Part shown: in pieces, positions 26,658-39,529 of the stretch
How the letters are laid out: every line of letters starts with the position of its first letter
How positions within the stretch are numbered: the first letter of the stretch is position 1
DNA from: Vermamoeba vermiformis
Taxonomy: Eukaryota
DNA: 64,000 nucleotides
NCBI GenBank assembly: GCA_045837725.1
Contig: JBEWZL010000260.1
Coordinates: 620,001 to 684,000 of the forward strand
Reading direction: 5' to 3'
The notes under the pieces: model-generated
Databases searched by the model: none
Told to the model about the DNA's origin: nothing
The model's input: only the letters and a program-made list of their open reading frames with translations
Program-made: the position numbers and the translations under genes

Positions 26658-29600
26658 ATGAATTCTTTTGACGCTTACTTAAAGAACATTAACATTCCTA
26701 CCGCGCACAGCAGAATCTACAAAGATGAGTGTGCCTATTCCTTCCATACGACCGTAAGTATACAAGCTAAATATTTTACGATTATCCTTTATGGAATTTA
26801 GTGTCCGTATTGTCGAATATGACTTAAAATATTTAAATTGAAAAAATTTTCAAAAATTAGGGAAGTTCGTTTTGCTGACTAATAATTGTCATATTAAATG
26901 ACGCGAATTAGCTGCTTGTAAAATGATTTTATTTCATGCCTAGAAATATAATAAATTTTTCAATTAGGAATCTGAAGGCGGCCTTTTTGTGGACATGAAT
27001 AATTTCATTGGTTTCAGTCCTGAATACGCAATGAAGAATTTTGAAGCTACAGGACATGCAGTATATCTCAACATTTTCAAGCGAAAGGTTGAGATTCCTA
27101 AAGTAAGCCGGATTAGCCTTTTGAAATTCCTAATTTTAGTCACTGATTACGCGATCTTTATTTTAGCCTGAAAGAGGTGAGAATGGTGAGCCCTTGGAAA
27201 AGAAACCAACAGTCTTGGGCATTGGTAAGTGCATCGTCTTTAGATCTGACTAGCATTATAATTATTAGTATTTTCCTTGGGCCTCGTAGTAATTTTTCTT
27301 ATGTCTCTATAGGCGTCGAAGGAGGTTTCGAATTGGAGTCACAAAGATTCAAATACGAGGAGGAATATTCCATCGTTATTTTGCCATCAAATCAGCGCTT
27401 CCCTTATCCCAGTGCTGACTTACCTTGGAAGGTATGTTCCATCCCTCTACTTTCCAAATAAGGCTATATTGCTAACGACACTACTGTCAGGTCGATCAAT
27501 CTGCCAAAGGCATTATCGAGTTCAATTCGGTTCAAAAGAAGGAAGACATTGGCGCATGGAACGCCGCTGACGAAATCAAGGAGAGCAAGTAAGTGATGCC
27601 GTGGCATTGGTACTATGATCGATATTAATCTAATTCTATAGGTACGCTAAAGATCTCAAACAGCTCGACAACGGAGTTATGATCCCAAAGTTTGGCTGGA
27701 AGTGCTCTCGTTGCGATTTGACCGAGAACTTGTGGATGAACTTGACTTCTGGTGTCATTTTGTGCGGCCGTAAAAACTGGGACGGCAGTGGTGGCAACGG
27801 TCACGCCCTCGAGTACTTCAACGAGACTGGTTATCCTCTCGCCGTTAAGCTCGGCACGATTTCGGCTGACAGTCCTGCTGACGTGTACAGCTATGCTGAG
27901 AACAACGAGGTGTTGGACCCCTACTTGGAGAAGCACTTGGCTCACTTCGGCATCGATGTTAAAAACATGAAGAAGGTAAGATAAAGCTACTAGTGGATCA
28001 ATATAACTCACTAATCATCGTCTAGACTGACAAATCAGTGGCTGAACTTCAACTCGAGTGCAACATGAACTACGATTGGAAGCGCATTCAAGAAAATGAC
28101 AAAGAGTTGCAACCCTTGTGCGGACCTGGTTACACTGGCTTGATTAATTTGGGTAACACGTAAGTCAGCCCTTTGATAGACGATTCGCCTTATTAACAAC
28201 TGAGCAGATGTTACATGGCCTCCGTGGTGCAAGTTTTGTTCTCGTTGCCCGAGTTCAAGCAGAGATACTTCGATAATGCCGAGCAATTCATGCAAATGAA
28301 CATTGCCGAGCCTCCCAGAAACTATCACCTGCAAATGTACGTGCCACAGAAGTAATCTTACGGGCGGTTACTGATGCATGTAATTAGGGCTAAGCTTGCC
28401 GTTGGTTTGTTGTCTGGCAAGTACGCTAAATTGCACGACAAGGAAGAGCAAGACGGTGTTCGTCCCGCTATGTTCAAGTCGTTGATTGGTGACGGTCACC
28501 CTGAGTTCTCAACCAATCAGCAACAAGACTCGTTGGAGTACTTCCAATATTTGCTCGAGTACATCACGCGTCAAGAGAAGAGACGCGGTGACAATCAAGA
28601 TCCCACCACTGTGTTCAGATTCAAGATTGAAGACAAGCTGACAGACCTCACCTCCAACAAGGTCCGTTACACTTCGCGCAGTGACAACGTGCTCTCGTTG
28701 CCTGTGCCCTTGGAGAAGGCTTCCAACTACGCGGAATACAGCGCCTATGTCGCCAAGAAGAAGAACAACAACGCAACAGACAAGACTGCTGAAGCTGAGC
28801 CTGAAGTGCGTCCTCGTCTGCACTTGCAAGACTGCTTGGATGCTTTCTTTGCACCTGAGTTGATTGCTGACTTCTTGTCGCCCGTCACTAACACTCGTGG
28901 CAATGCTGCTAAGTAAGCAATTCTTCCAACCGTTGAAGAGATTTAACTGACCTTCTTAGGCAATCTCGTTTGGCAACGTTCCCGCCATACTTGGTTCTTC
29001 AACTGAGAAAGTTCTACTTTGAAAATTGGACTCCCAAGAAGATGGGTAAGAACTATGGTGTCCTCGAGATAATAATAGTGTCTAACTCAATTTTCAGACG
29101 TCTTTATTGACGTGCCGGATCAACTCGACTTGTCCGCAATGCGTGCACAGGGCAAGAGTGCCAATGAGGAGTTGATGCCCGAAAACGCTTCAGCCAGTGC
29201 TGCTCCCACTCAACCTGCCTTCTCTGAGGCTGTCGTTGAAGGTTTGATGGCCATGGGCTTTTCACGCAACCAAGCCGAGCATGCCTCTGTCGCTGTTCCG
29301 GGCAACAATGTCGAAGCAGCCACCGAGTGGTTGATTGCTCGTCTTGATGATCCTTGTGCGTACTCTGTTGGTAGCTTTGTTACGAAAAATCTAACTGTGC
29401 TCTAGCTTTGAACGAACCCGTGCAAGTCAAGAAGGCTGAGGCTCCCAAGGCCTCTGGCCCTGCTCAGCCCGACGAGTCTCTCGTGCAACAAGTCCTAGAG
29501 CTCGGCTTCACTCGTGCTCAAGCGTTGTTGGGCTTGAAAAACACTGTAAGTGCCTCATTCTAACACCGACCGACTTGTACTCAACTGATTACAGGATAAC

Positions 29601-29969
29601 AATGCCGAGCGTGCCGTGGACTGGTTGTTCAACCACCCCGATGTTGATCCCATGCAAGTGGAAGAGCCCAAACAGGAGCAACAACAACAACAACAACAAG
29701 CCCCCAGTGAGAACTACGGTGATGGCAGTGGCAGTAAGTACAAAGAGTTATTGTGACACGTGTCATCGACAATGCCTAACTGCCGTTGTTTAGAATATCA
29801 ATTGCACGCCTTCATCAGTCACATGGGCTCATCCGCGCACTCAGGCCACTATGTCTGCCACATCCTCAAGGAGGGTCGTTGGGTGCTCTTCAATGATCGC
29901 AAGGTTGCCTTGAGTGAAGATCCACCAAAGGACATGGGCTACATCTACATTTACAAGCGTGTCGATTAA
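26658..29969 (+). CDS. USP5: Ubiquitin carboxyl-terminal hydrolase USP5/USP13/Ubp14 (isopeptidase T)
   Basis: IYKDEC, a ZnF-UBP domain ([25 protein letters not shown]), Cys box [21 protein letters not shown], two UBA domains and His box [12 protein letters not shown]. Confidence 0.95.
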
Positions 29970-30069
29970 AAGTGGACTACTGGGTCTTAACAATAGATCA
30001 AACATATAAATTTATACTTCTCCTGTAAATGAATCATTTTATTTTTTCAAAACGAGATCCAACAACACG

Positions 30070-30689
30070 ATGCAAGGAAATAATACCTCGCTAAAGGTCA
30101 TAGGAATAGTGACCATTATAAATATGGCCACGGTCGGTATTTTAGGCTTCCCGATTGGCTTTTTTACTGGATCAAGTACGTAAAAAAATTTAAAAAAATC
30201 AGAATATTTGTTAGGATTCATTTATATTTCATATACCACTATAAAATAATATTCTAAATTATTAGTGCTCACAATCGTTCGAAATGGCTTATTTATTGGT
30301 AGCTTGGTTGGCTTGGCGACAGCCCTTCCTTATATTCGCTTTACTGGTATTTACACTCATCATATACATACCCTATAATTATAATTGATATTATGGGACA
30401 GGACGAGCACAGATGTCGCTAGAATGCACTGTCCCTGCTGTTTTGGGCGCACTCATGGCTGACGGGTTCGTAGGCTTCGTAATACGTAAAAATATGTTGT
30501 AATATATTATTTAGTATACTTATGTGGTTCACTGTAATGACTGGTGGATTTTTTGACGCGTGGAGTTTGAGCACGATCTTGAAGCAGATCGTCATGTCAG
30601 TTGCGACAGGAGCATTATTAGGTTGTCCATTAGCAATTGCTATGGTTGGATCGCGAAAGAAGCGAGCAGATAATATTAAAGCTTTTTAG
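30070..30689 (+). CDS. Small multi-pass membrane protein (about 135 aa, four exons, Gly-rich TM helices)
   Basis: Three GT-AG introns give an open frame MQGNNTSLKVIGIVTIINMATVGILGFPIGFFTG...VATGALLGCPLAIAMVGSRKKRADNIKAF. Confidence 0.6.
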
Positions 30690-30810
30690 CAAAAAAATGG
30701 GTAAAGTTCCTTTAGGCCTTGGCCAGCGAACATCAAAATTCATTTTTAACTTCACGCTTACAAGCACCACAACTCAAACAAGCACCTTTTTATTTAACCA
30801 AAATTGAATT

Positions 30811-32468
30811 ATGAGTTCTAACGAAGGGTAAGAAAGATTGAGAAATTTACTAAATTTAGTACTGGACACGATGTGATGTCAGATCGGTTCTTACTTTCCA
30901 TTCAAATACTGATAATTACGATATCCTAGTAGCAACGAATTTATACTAACACTATTTTACAATATCAGGCACCAGGAGGAAGATTACTTCTTCATTGACG
31001 GCAATACTGATCTTGATTTTTCTCAACTCGCCAACAAAAAAAAGCTTTATTTGTTCCTATTGCAACAACCTGACGCAATGTTTCAATTCATTGCAACAAA
31101 CACGACGTCGTTGAAGTGTTTAAAAGTGGCTCTGCATCGATCCCGACCGAATGACTGGCGGCTGCTCGGCCAAGCACTGGCACGCAACACGTCCGTTCAA
31201 ACAATGGAAATTGTCGTGCACGGCTATCTTCACGCACAGCCGCTAGGACACGAAGCAGCAGTCGAGTTGTTTCCTTTTCTAGCGCAGAACTACAGCTTGC
31301 AAGAGCTGACTCTGCGAGGCGAATTTTCAAACAGCGAGCTGGAAGCTTTCACAGACGGTCTCAAGCACAACAGAGCCGTCACCCAGCTGTACATTGCATG
31401 CCCACTTCTGTCTCTCTCGTGGGCTTACTCGGCGAGAGTCTCAAGTGCCACCCCACAGTCAAACAATTGTCCTTAATGTCAGCGGAAGTGAGTGCTGAAC
31501 AGTTGCAAAGATTCGCCGAAGGACTCAATACAAATCAAGCCTTAACAACGCTGATGTGGACGCTATCGTTGAACAGCCCCTTCGAGCCATTCTGCCACTA
31601 CCTTCGCTCGACAAAAACACTGTCCAGGTTGTCAATTGAACTTCTTCCTTCAGCCAGCCTCGATCAAGTTTGCAACGAGTTGTGCCGAGCGTTAGTCCGC
31701 AACACCTCCCTGACCACAGTGCATGTGTCAGGACTGCAGAGCTCGTGTGACTGCATGGACCTCCTGCGATACAACAAGACCATCACGACTTTGTCACTGA
31801 GCGGCAATTTTTCCACGAGCTCGTTTCTGGCCATCAACACCGCACTCGGCCAGAATAAAACGATCACAAAGTTAAAACTTGCCGGCATAAAGACCAAGGA
31901 AGGGCTGCAGGCTATCAAAGAAGCGTGGATAATGAATGACACGTTGATTGACGTCGAAATTTGTGCTCATTACGCCATACGTAACATGACCATGCCACCG
32001 ACATTCTACAGCGACATAATGAAGCGCAACAAGACTATCAGCACGATAAAAATACCTCACATTGGCGTCAGTGACTTGATTGCGCTCATCAATGCCACGA
32101 CCTCGCTCACTGATGTGACGGTCATGGATCGTTACACTTTTCATGATCCAAGTGATGAAACGTTAGCTGCGCTGAGAGAGGCCTTGGAGCGGAATTACTC
32201 TTTGACACGTGTCAAATTACGGCAAACAGTCAACAAGACAGTGGGATACTTGCCGACCGCCAACGAATTCTGCGAGCGTAATATTCTGCTGAAGAAACAA
32301 TTCTACCAAGACACCGCGCTGACCATGCACATCATGGCGCGCAGTGAATTATTTGCCGTGCTGCCTATTGAACTGTGGCACGCAATTTTCAGCCACATCC
32401 GTTACCCTGGCCTGTCATCATTTGAAGCCCTGGCCAAAGTTGTTTTCAAGCGTTACGTGCACAAATAG
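30811..32468 (+). CDS. RI-like leucine-rich repeat protein with a C-terminal F-box-like motif; apparent frameshift near 31400
   Basis: 27-28 aa repeats (LAQNYSLQELTL, LVRNTSLTTVHV, LRYNKTITTLSL) run across two overlapping ORFs in different frames. The C-terminus reads LFAVLPIELWHAIFSHI. Confidence 0.75.
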
Positions 32469-32511
32469 GCGTGTTTTATTTGTAAGGCAAAAATAAACGT
32501 ACAAAAAAAAG

Positions 32512-33176
32512 CTACCAGCACTTTAGGAAAAGCATCGGTGTAAAAATGAGCACTGAAACTACGAGCAAAAATAGTCCAACACAAAAATTTCTCATTGCCT
32601 GCTGATATTTATATGCAATATCGGGAGTATGAATGAGGGGCTTGTCATCAGCTGGGTGATAGAAGCACGGAACGGATCCGCTAAACTCGATCACTTTTGC
32701 CGTTGCTACTGCATCTCTGTGGTACTTTAACTCTGTATAATAGTGATATTTACTGTTAGTGCCGCTCGAAGAATGCTGTCATTCGTACCTCCAAAGTACA
32801 CCGTTTGCTGTCGCGTGACATTGTTGACCGTGTAATTCACCTGCAAAGATGCAAATAAGAAAGATTTAACAGTCTTGAGGAGTTACTTACTGAGAGTTCT
32901 AAAATATAGCGGAACTCTTCTATTCGTGCTACTATTATGCTTGAAATATAGCACGTCGTAGCTGAAAATCGATCGTTAAACTACTTCAAAAAAAAATAAA
33001 CGGTATTAATAGTTACATAAGAATTCGACGTCGCTGTAGCGGTGATAAAGACTTCTGTAAAACAGCCCACTACAAATGAACATGGCACTCAGAGCTAGGC
33101 ACAACAGTCCGAATACCACCAGTACCAAGGCGAATTCAGAGTCCTCTTGTTCTTTTCTTCTCTGCACCGTAGTCAT
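32512..33176 (-). CDS. Two-TM protein with a Cys-containing extracellular loop (BK-channel beta/DUF3592-like topology)
   Basis: N-terminal TM FALVLVVFGLLCLALSAMFICSGLF, loop with TTCYI and VPCFYHP, C-terminal TM CVGLFLLVVSVLIF. GT-AG introns. Confidence 0.55.
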
Positions 33177-33488
33177 CGTTGATTGGTTATGATGCGCTGT
33201 TGTTGCGTTGTTGTTCAGCTGTTTCGTAAACAATGCACGAAAACAACAAAATCTTCTTTTGCAATCTATTTTTGCACAATTTGACCAAAGTTTGAATTTG
33301 CTTACTCGTTTGCACCTCTAGTTAATTACTACACGCGATAGGATTTTCATAAATTATTCGCGATTGATTGTTCGTCAATCTAAATGGATCTGCTGTTCAC
33401 TACCTTTTTGATATTTAAAGTATTATTCGCGGTTGATTCTCTAATACTAATCATATATATGCTAATTATTATTGATCGCAATTGAATT

Positions 33489-34709
33489 TTACAGCTCTTT
33501 ATTTTGTTGCATTTCGTCTCGCAGGGTGCGCCATTCTCGCTGTACAACCACGTGCTTCAACTCTCGCATGAGTTCGTCTTTCATCTTCGCATGACCGCGC
33601 GCATTGAAGTGTATTTGATCGTAGTAATAGTTCTCTGCTTGGTGGTAATGCGCTTGAGCCAGATCCGGACACAAAACCACGTGTTTATCGTTCAAACTAG
33701 TTTTAATTGCCATTAATAAAATAGAATAATAATAGTATATTAATTACATACGATTTAATCCATTCTTTAAGCAATTTGTTGCGTCTGTCGATTAATTCTT
33801 TCTGCATCCGACTCACACTGGCTTTACAAGGCAAACTCGCGACAAATACTGTCTTATCCATTGCTTTTAGTGCCATAACTATTTGTTTAATATTCTCTAT
33901 TGTACGCTCAATATCACTAGGGTTTTGGCCCAAGCTAAAAAAAAATAATTTTTCAGATCGAGATCGCGAAATCAATTTGAGCTTACATTGAATCCATGCC
34001 ACCAACTATTACTATAAATATATCTGCATATTTTCCGGGGTACTTAATATTCTTTTTACGGCTCGTTTCACCGTTTTCTTCTCGCGGGCCAAATGTCCGT
34101 TCCCAAAGTGTCAATTTGTTCGGCTCATCACGAGGCTAAAGTAAATAAATAAGGATATGCAAATACTATATATAAGTGCGGTATGTACCTTATTAGGAAG
34201 CCAGTCGTCGGAAGTTGATTTGTACTGGCCTTTATTTATTCCGATCCAAGTTTGTTTCGTGGATCGCATTTCATCTTCGTTAATTTGCGTCTCTAAGCGT
34301 CCTATTTAATTATATATATCAATATATCAATATTTACGCGAGGGCTATATTTTACCTGCAATTCCTGGTGCTCCCCAGACAAACGTCACTCGATCGCCAA
34401 AACCTTCAGCAACTCCATCACCTAAATTATTAATTAGAATTTGCAGAAATATTTCGAATATTTTTAAAGTAATAATAAAGTAAAATACGGTTTTTTGAGT
34501 GCGTGCAACATTACAATGGTTTTTAATATTAATAACATGCCATGCTACGTACCAATGACAACAATTTTCCGAGTAAATTTATCTTCCAAATAAGGTGCGC
34601 CAGTAGCCCATGCAACGAGGCCTTTAATAGCTTTCAACCAATAATAATGAAAAAATATTCGGATGCGAACGTACAGCAGCCACAGCTTGGTCCTCAATCC
34701 GTTTGACAT
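33489..34709 (-). CDS. SGNH/GDSL hydrolase-fold protein with Gly at the nucleophile position
   Basis: KIVVIGDGVAEG (block I), DIFIVIVGGMD (block III), DQIHFNARGH (block V, DxxH). Confidence 0.75.
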
Positions 34710-34880
34710 AATTATCTGTATGCCTATGTATTGTGCATGATAAATTAAAACAATAATTCAACAAACCAAATTCGATCCAAATTTGAAATATCAACAGAGG
34801 CACGTGCTCAATCCGCCGGCAAAAATCTTCCTGGCTAAGCGGTTGTATTCAATTATAGTAAGTAAGAATACAGAACAACA

Positions 34881-35208
34881 ATGGAACGAAGTGGATCTGC
34901 AACGAATTTGAAGAGCAAGTTTGAGGATTTGGCCAAGCCTGCTCCTGAGCCCGAAAAGAAAACCACCAAAGGTAATACTACTGAGTATAATAGCTATTAA
35001 ATATGCAGTAATTGTTCTAATGTGAATTCTTGCAGGTCGTGTTGGTTGGAACGACGAGCGAGATCAAGGTGCGAAGAAAGTTCATAAAGGCGGCATGACT
35101 GGTGAGAATGAATACGATAATTAGTTAGAACAGAAGATAATACTAATAATGCTTATATTAGTCTTCGGAGATTTGCCTGCTAAGAAGAGTTTATCAGATC
35201 TGCCCTAA
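34881..35208 (+). CDS. 67-aa microprotein, three exons, ending KKSLSDLP
   Basis: Two clean GT-AG introns give MERSGSATNLKSKFEDLAKPAPEPEKKTTKGRVGWNDERDQGAKKVHKGGMTVFGDLPAKKSLSDLP. Not in the ORF track. Confidence 0.8.
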
Positions 35209-35356
35209 GAATCTTCAAATTGATTCGCTTGTACGTTAATAACTTGATATAAAAATGTAATATTATTTAATACATGAATATTAGAACGATATTGTACACG
35301 TAATACAGCGCGTTTGTATTTGCCAATCTTTACTTTTACAAATCTGACATTACTTT

Positions 35357-37316
35357 TTAAATTTTCTCGATCATTATTTTCAGCTTCGCAACAGGGTTCA
35401 AAATAGGATTGCTGCCGTCAGGGGGTGCAAATGTATCGATGGATTTGACGCGGAACTGCTGGAAAAACGTTGCAACGAAAACAGTTTGTTCGACCAACGA
35501 GAACTGATTGCCAAGACTGTTTATCCAAATTAGGAAATACTCGTAGGAGTATACTCGAGGCTGACTTACCAAGCACGTGATTTGAGCGAGAAGGGCAGAT
35601 ACGCAAAAGGTACAGTAGGTTTGTCAAATCGATCTGGATTGAATTCTTCGGGCTGGTCCCAAACCAACGGTGAATGATGAATGCCGTAAATATTCAGTCC
35701 GACACGGCTCTACATTGCCATATTAGGAAATATAGGTCTATAAGATGACCGTGACTTACGCCCTTGGGAATAATTTGCCCTTCAAATTCGAGATCTTGTT
35801 CAGCCATGCGTGAAAATATCAACGCAGCTGGTGGTTGCATTCTTAAGTTCTCTTTGATCACTTTGGTCACGTATTGTAGCTAAATATAGATCAGTAACCT
35901 CGTGTCAAAGTGTCAAACATATATTGTACCAGATATTTTGTTTGACACGTGAAAAATATTTCGAGTGACACGTGTCAAATTTAAAGTGTCAAACACGACA
36001 TCATCACGTGACTTACATCTTTGAAGTTCTCGTACTGCACGGGCTGACCTTTCAAGACTAGTTTGACTTCCTCGATCAATTTATCTTGCACGTGTGGATT
36101 GACAGCCACGTGATAGAACAGCCAGGTCAGTGCACTCGATGTCGTCTCGTGTCCAGCTAAGAACATGGTGAACGCGTTGGACAGTAACTGCGACAACAAA
36201 ATTAATATCAAACAGCGCGAAAAATATCGGTTGATACAACTTGAATATAAGAGAACTAGATAAGGAATGGTTTATATATAGCCCGTACCTCGCCGTCAGT
36301 CCAGTTCGGATCATGTGCCTGCAACATGACGTCCACGAGATCAAAGTGCCCGTCAGTGGTCTTGTGGCCTCGTTTAGACTGGCATTTGAACGATTAAAAT
36401 CAATTCAACTACGACCACTATAATACCCTTCACTATAATACACTTACATTAATAATATCGAGCAATGCGGTTTTGAGTGTACTCGAGGCTGAATTAAGAG
36501 TTTTCAACAGATTTAAACCGGTGATGTTTTCAATCTAAAACCGGATCTCAGTTAATTCATTGAATAACAAAGAAATATAGAGTAGACTTACCGCGCCAAG
36601 AATAAAAGTTTTCGGGGAAAAAGAAGCGAGCATTATTTTAATCACCTCAAGCGCGTTGTTTTGACTGCCTTGCATGGCATTGAAAGATCTGCTCAACACC
36701 GTGACACCGAGCACGTCAACGGTGAATAGCGGCATCCAATGCGCCACATCAATAGGCTTGTCGCTAATTTTGCTCCATTGTTGAATGAGTTCTAAGGACA
36801 GTTTATGGAAATCCGGGATCCATTGCTTGACCGCATCAAAATGGAAAGGCGGTGATAAAACTGATCGATAACGTCTAAAAAATGGTTGGTACTCATAATT
36901 ATATTTAAATTAGTGCTATTACCTCCATTGGTCGCCATTAGATGAGCTAACTCCATTTTTCAAAAATTCAGCCGCAGCAGGGAATACATTTAATCGTGCT
37001 TTAGGCATATCCTCAGGATTGGATAATACAAACTATGCATAATCAATTAATATCCATTTAATAGGATACGATCTTGCAAATATGTTTATACCTTAGCGGC
37101 ATCTGGATGTTGCGCGATAAGCGCTGTGAAGCCAGGAGTGACGAGTTTAGTGAATTTAGCATTATTAATCTTTGCTAGTCGTTGAGCAAGCAATTTAGTG
37201 CCGAATAAGAACTCGTATAGTGACACGCCTTCGTAATTGCCGTACTTGGCTTGATGCGATCTGACTTTGAGAGCAATTAACGCTCCGATAATGAATACTA
37301 CTACTATGGCCCACAT
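35357..37316 (-). CDS. Cytochrome P450
   Basis: N-terminal TM anchor, I-helix FLAGHETT, K-helix KENLR (ExxR), PEEFNPDRF, heme ligand PFSLKSRACLG. Confidence 0.92.
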
Positions 37317-37759
37317 GTTAATATAATATTTAATAGATGAAATAGACAATACGCGCAAAAATATACTAGGTAACCGCGAAAATATTGTTACGAGCAATTA
37401 TTTTGTTCCGATAGAAAATTAATTGACGTGTGTGCGGATTAAATTATTTACGGCCGTAATATTGTATCACCATATTATTATTACGTCATTTCATAGTTAT
37501 TTTTCCGATCTTTACTGAAATAAAATTCATTTGTAAAAGTCAAGGTATGATCTTCAGCTGACTTACTAGTAAACTCTAAGTCTAAAAAAGACAATGCCCA
37601 CTATTAATGCAAAATCTACTATACTAGCGATGATTATAAATATTAGTGCTCTTCAGTTCAGCTTGCAAAAAACTGATCTAAACAGTTGTGTTGTGCTTCG
37701 TTAACAAAGAATTTCGTTTAATTAGAATCTTATTAACGTGCGCTATAAAGAAGACCACT

Positions 37760-39418
37760 ATGCTCGGCAAACTATTGGCGCTGTTCGCTGTCGTGGCGTT
37801 AACAACGCAGATCCACGCTCAATCCAGTATTTCACTGCCTTTGTGCGGCAACTTCAATGAAATATATATGTACTACGTGCACGTTAGTGTTGGTACCCCA
37901 GGCAACGATTTCACAGTGGTAGTTGATACTGGAAGGTGCGTAGTAAATTTCTGGATCGATCCATCCTTAAAAACTTTACTACACAAATTTGATTAATACG
38001 GCAAAAATATGCAACAATTTTGATAAAATATTTCTAATATTTTTTAATGTTCAGCTCCGACCTCCTCGTTCCGGATGTGAATTGCAAACCCTGCTTTGGC
38101 GGTAATAACAGATCTCACACATATATTTCAATATTAATACCTAATATAGGCAACAGACAATACTACTACAACGGCACTCGTTCATCGAGTTCACAAGCCA
38201 TCAGTTGTGACGGCACTTCACCGTACAATTGCCAGGCCTGCACCTTAGACAGTAAGTGACCAATCCCCGCACGATTGTACTCACACGTGTTGCTAGAGAA
38301 GTGCATGTTCACCATTCCCTACGCGGGCATTGAAGAGGTCGCCAATATGTATCAAGACACGGTCAATGTGGCTGACACGAGTGTCTCGGCCGTGTTTGGC
38401 TCGATCACGGACATCAAGCAGAACATGCGCAAACGTACGTGAAGATACTAGGGGATGGGATATATATATACTAACACTAGTCGCAGGCCACGCAAACAGT
38501 GTGCTGCAGTTCAATCCCGCGCACTATCCTGAAGGCATGTGGGGCATGGCCTATTCATCGCTCAACGCTGCTGGTGCTGCGCCGTTGTTCGACGTGTTGG
38601 TGCGTGCATTGCTGAGTGCTCGAGACTGTCATCTTAACAGCACATTATTAGGTCGAGAATGGACTCCCCAATCAGTTCTCGTTGTGCATGAACACGGTCC
38701 AAGGCGGTGGTCTGTTGACCCTCGGCGCCATCGACACTACTGGGTACGTATATAACGACACTAGGCAAGCAAGGTGCATGCATTAATATCCTTATTAGTG
38801 CCAATGTGCAGTACACACCGATCATCAAAGAACGCTTCTACAACGTGTTCATTCAAGACATGCAAGTCAACGGCTATTCACTCGGTCTCGATCCGTCAGT
38901 CTACAACACACAGTACGTGCCATTAACAGCCCTGTGAACACGATATTAATCGCAATTCCAGGAACACGATTGTTGACAGCGGCACTCCGACCATGACCGT
39001 GCCGACAGCCGTGTGGCAAGGCATGCTGCGTCTGTTCAATAAGATGTGCGACGAGACACCCTTGCCCGGTGTGTGCATCGACATTCAAGCCCCCAATGCC
39101 ACGCTGTTTGACGGTGTGTGCTACGAGCTGACTGACGATCAGATCGCGCAGTTCCCGACCTTGTCATTCACGCTCAAGAACAATGTCGTGCTCACGTACG
39201 AGCCCCAAGCATATTTGCAGACACTGTGGTACTGCGACAGCGCTGAGGCCCGAAATGGCGGCACAATGGTCGGATTCGGTGTGCAAGAAGATCCATCCGG
39301 ATTCGGAACTGTGTTTGGCGCAACATTCATGCAACAATACACTACGATATTTGACCGCGACAATGTGCGCATTGGATTCACGAGAGATTTGCCCTGTCAG
39401 AGCTCTTTGTGCTATTAA
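37760..39418 (+). CDS. Secreted A1 (pepsin-like) aspartic protease
   Basis: Signal peptide, VGTPGNDFTVVVDTGSS, TIVDSGT, VFGATFMQQYTTIFDRDNVRIGF. Confidence 0.92.
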
Positions 39419-39529
39419 TTCAGATCCGGACAATATTCGTCGACAAATAAAAAATTACAGAACTTAAGGCAAGGTCAATATTATTTATGTACAAATGATG
39501 CCATCTATGTTACAACTCGGTTCGTGCCA

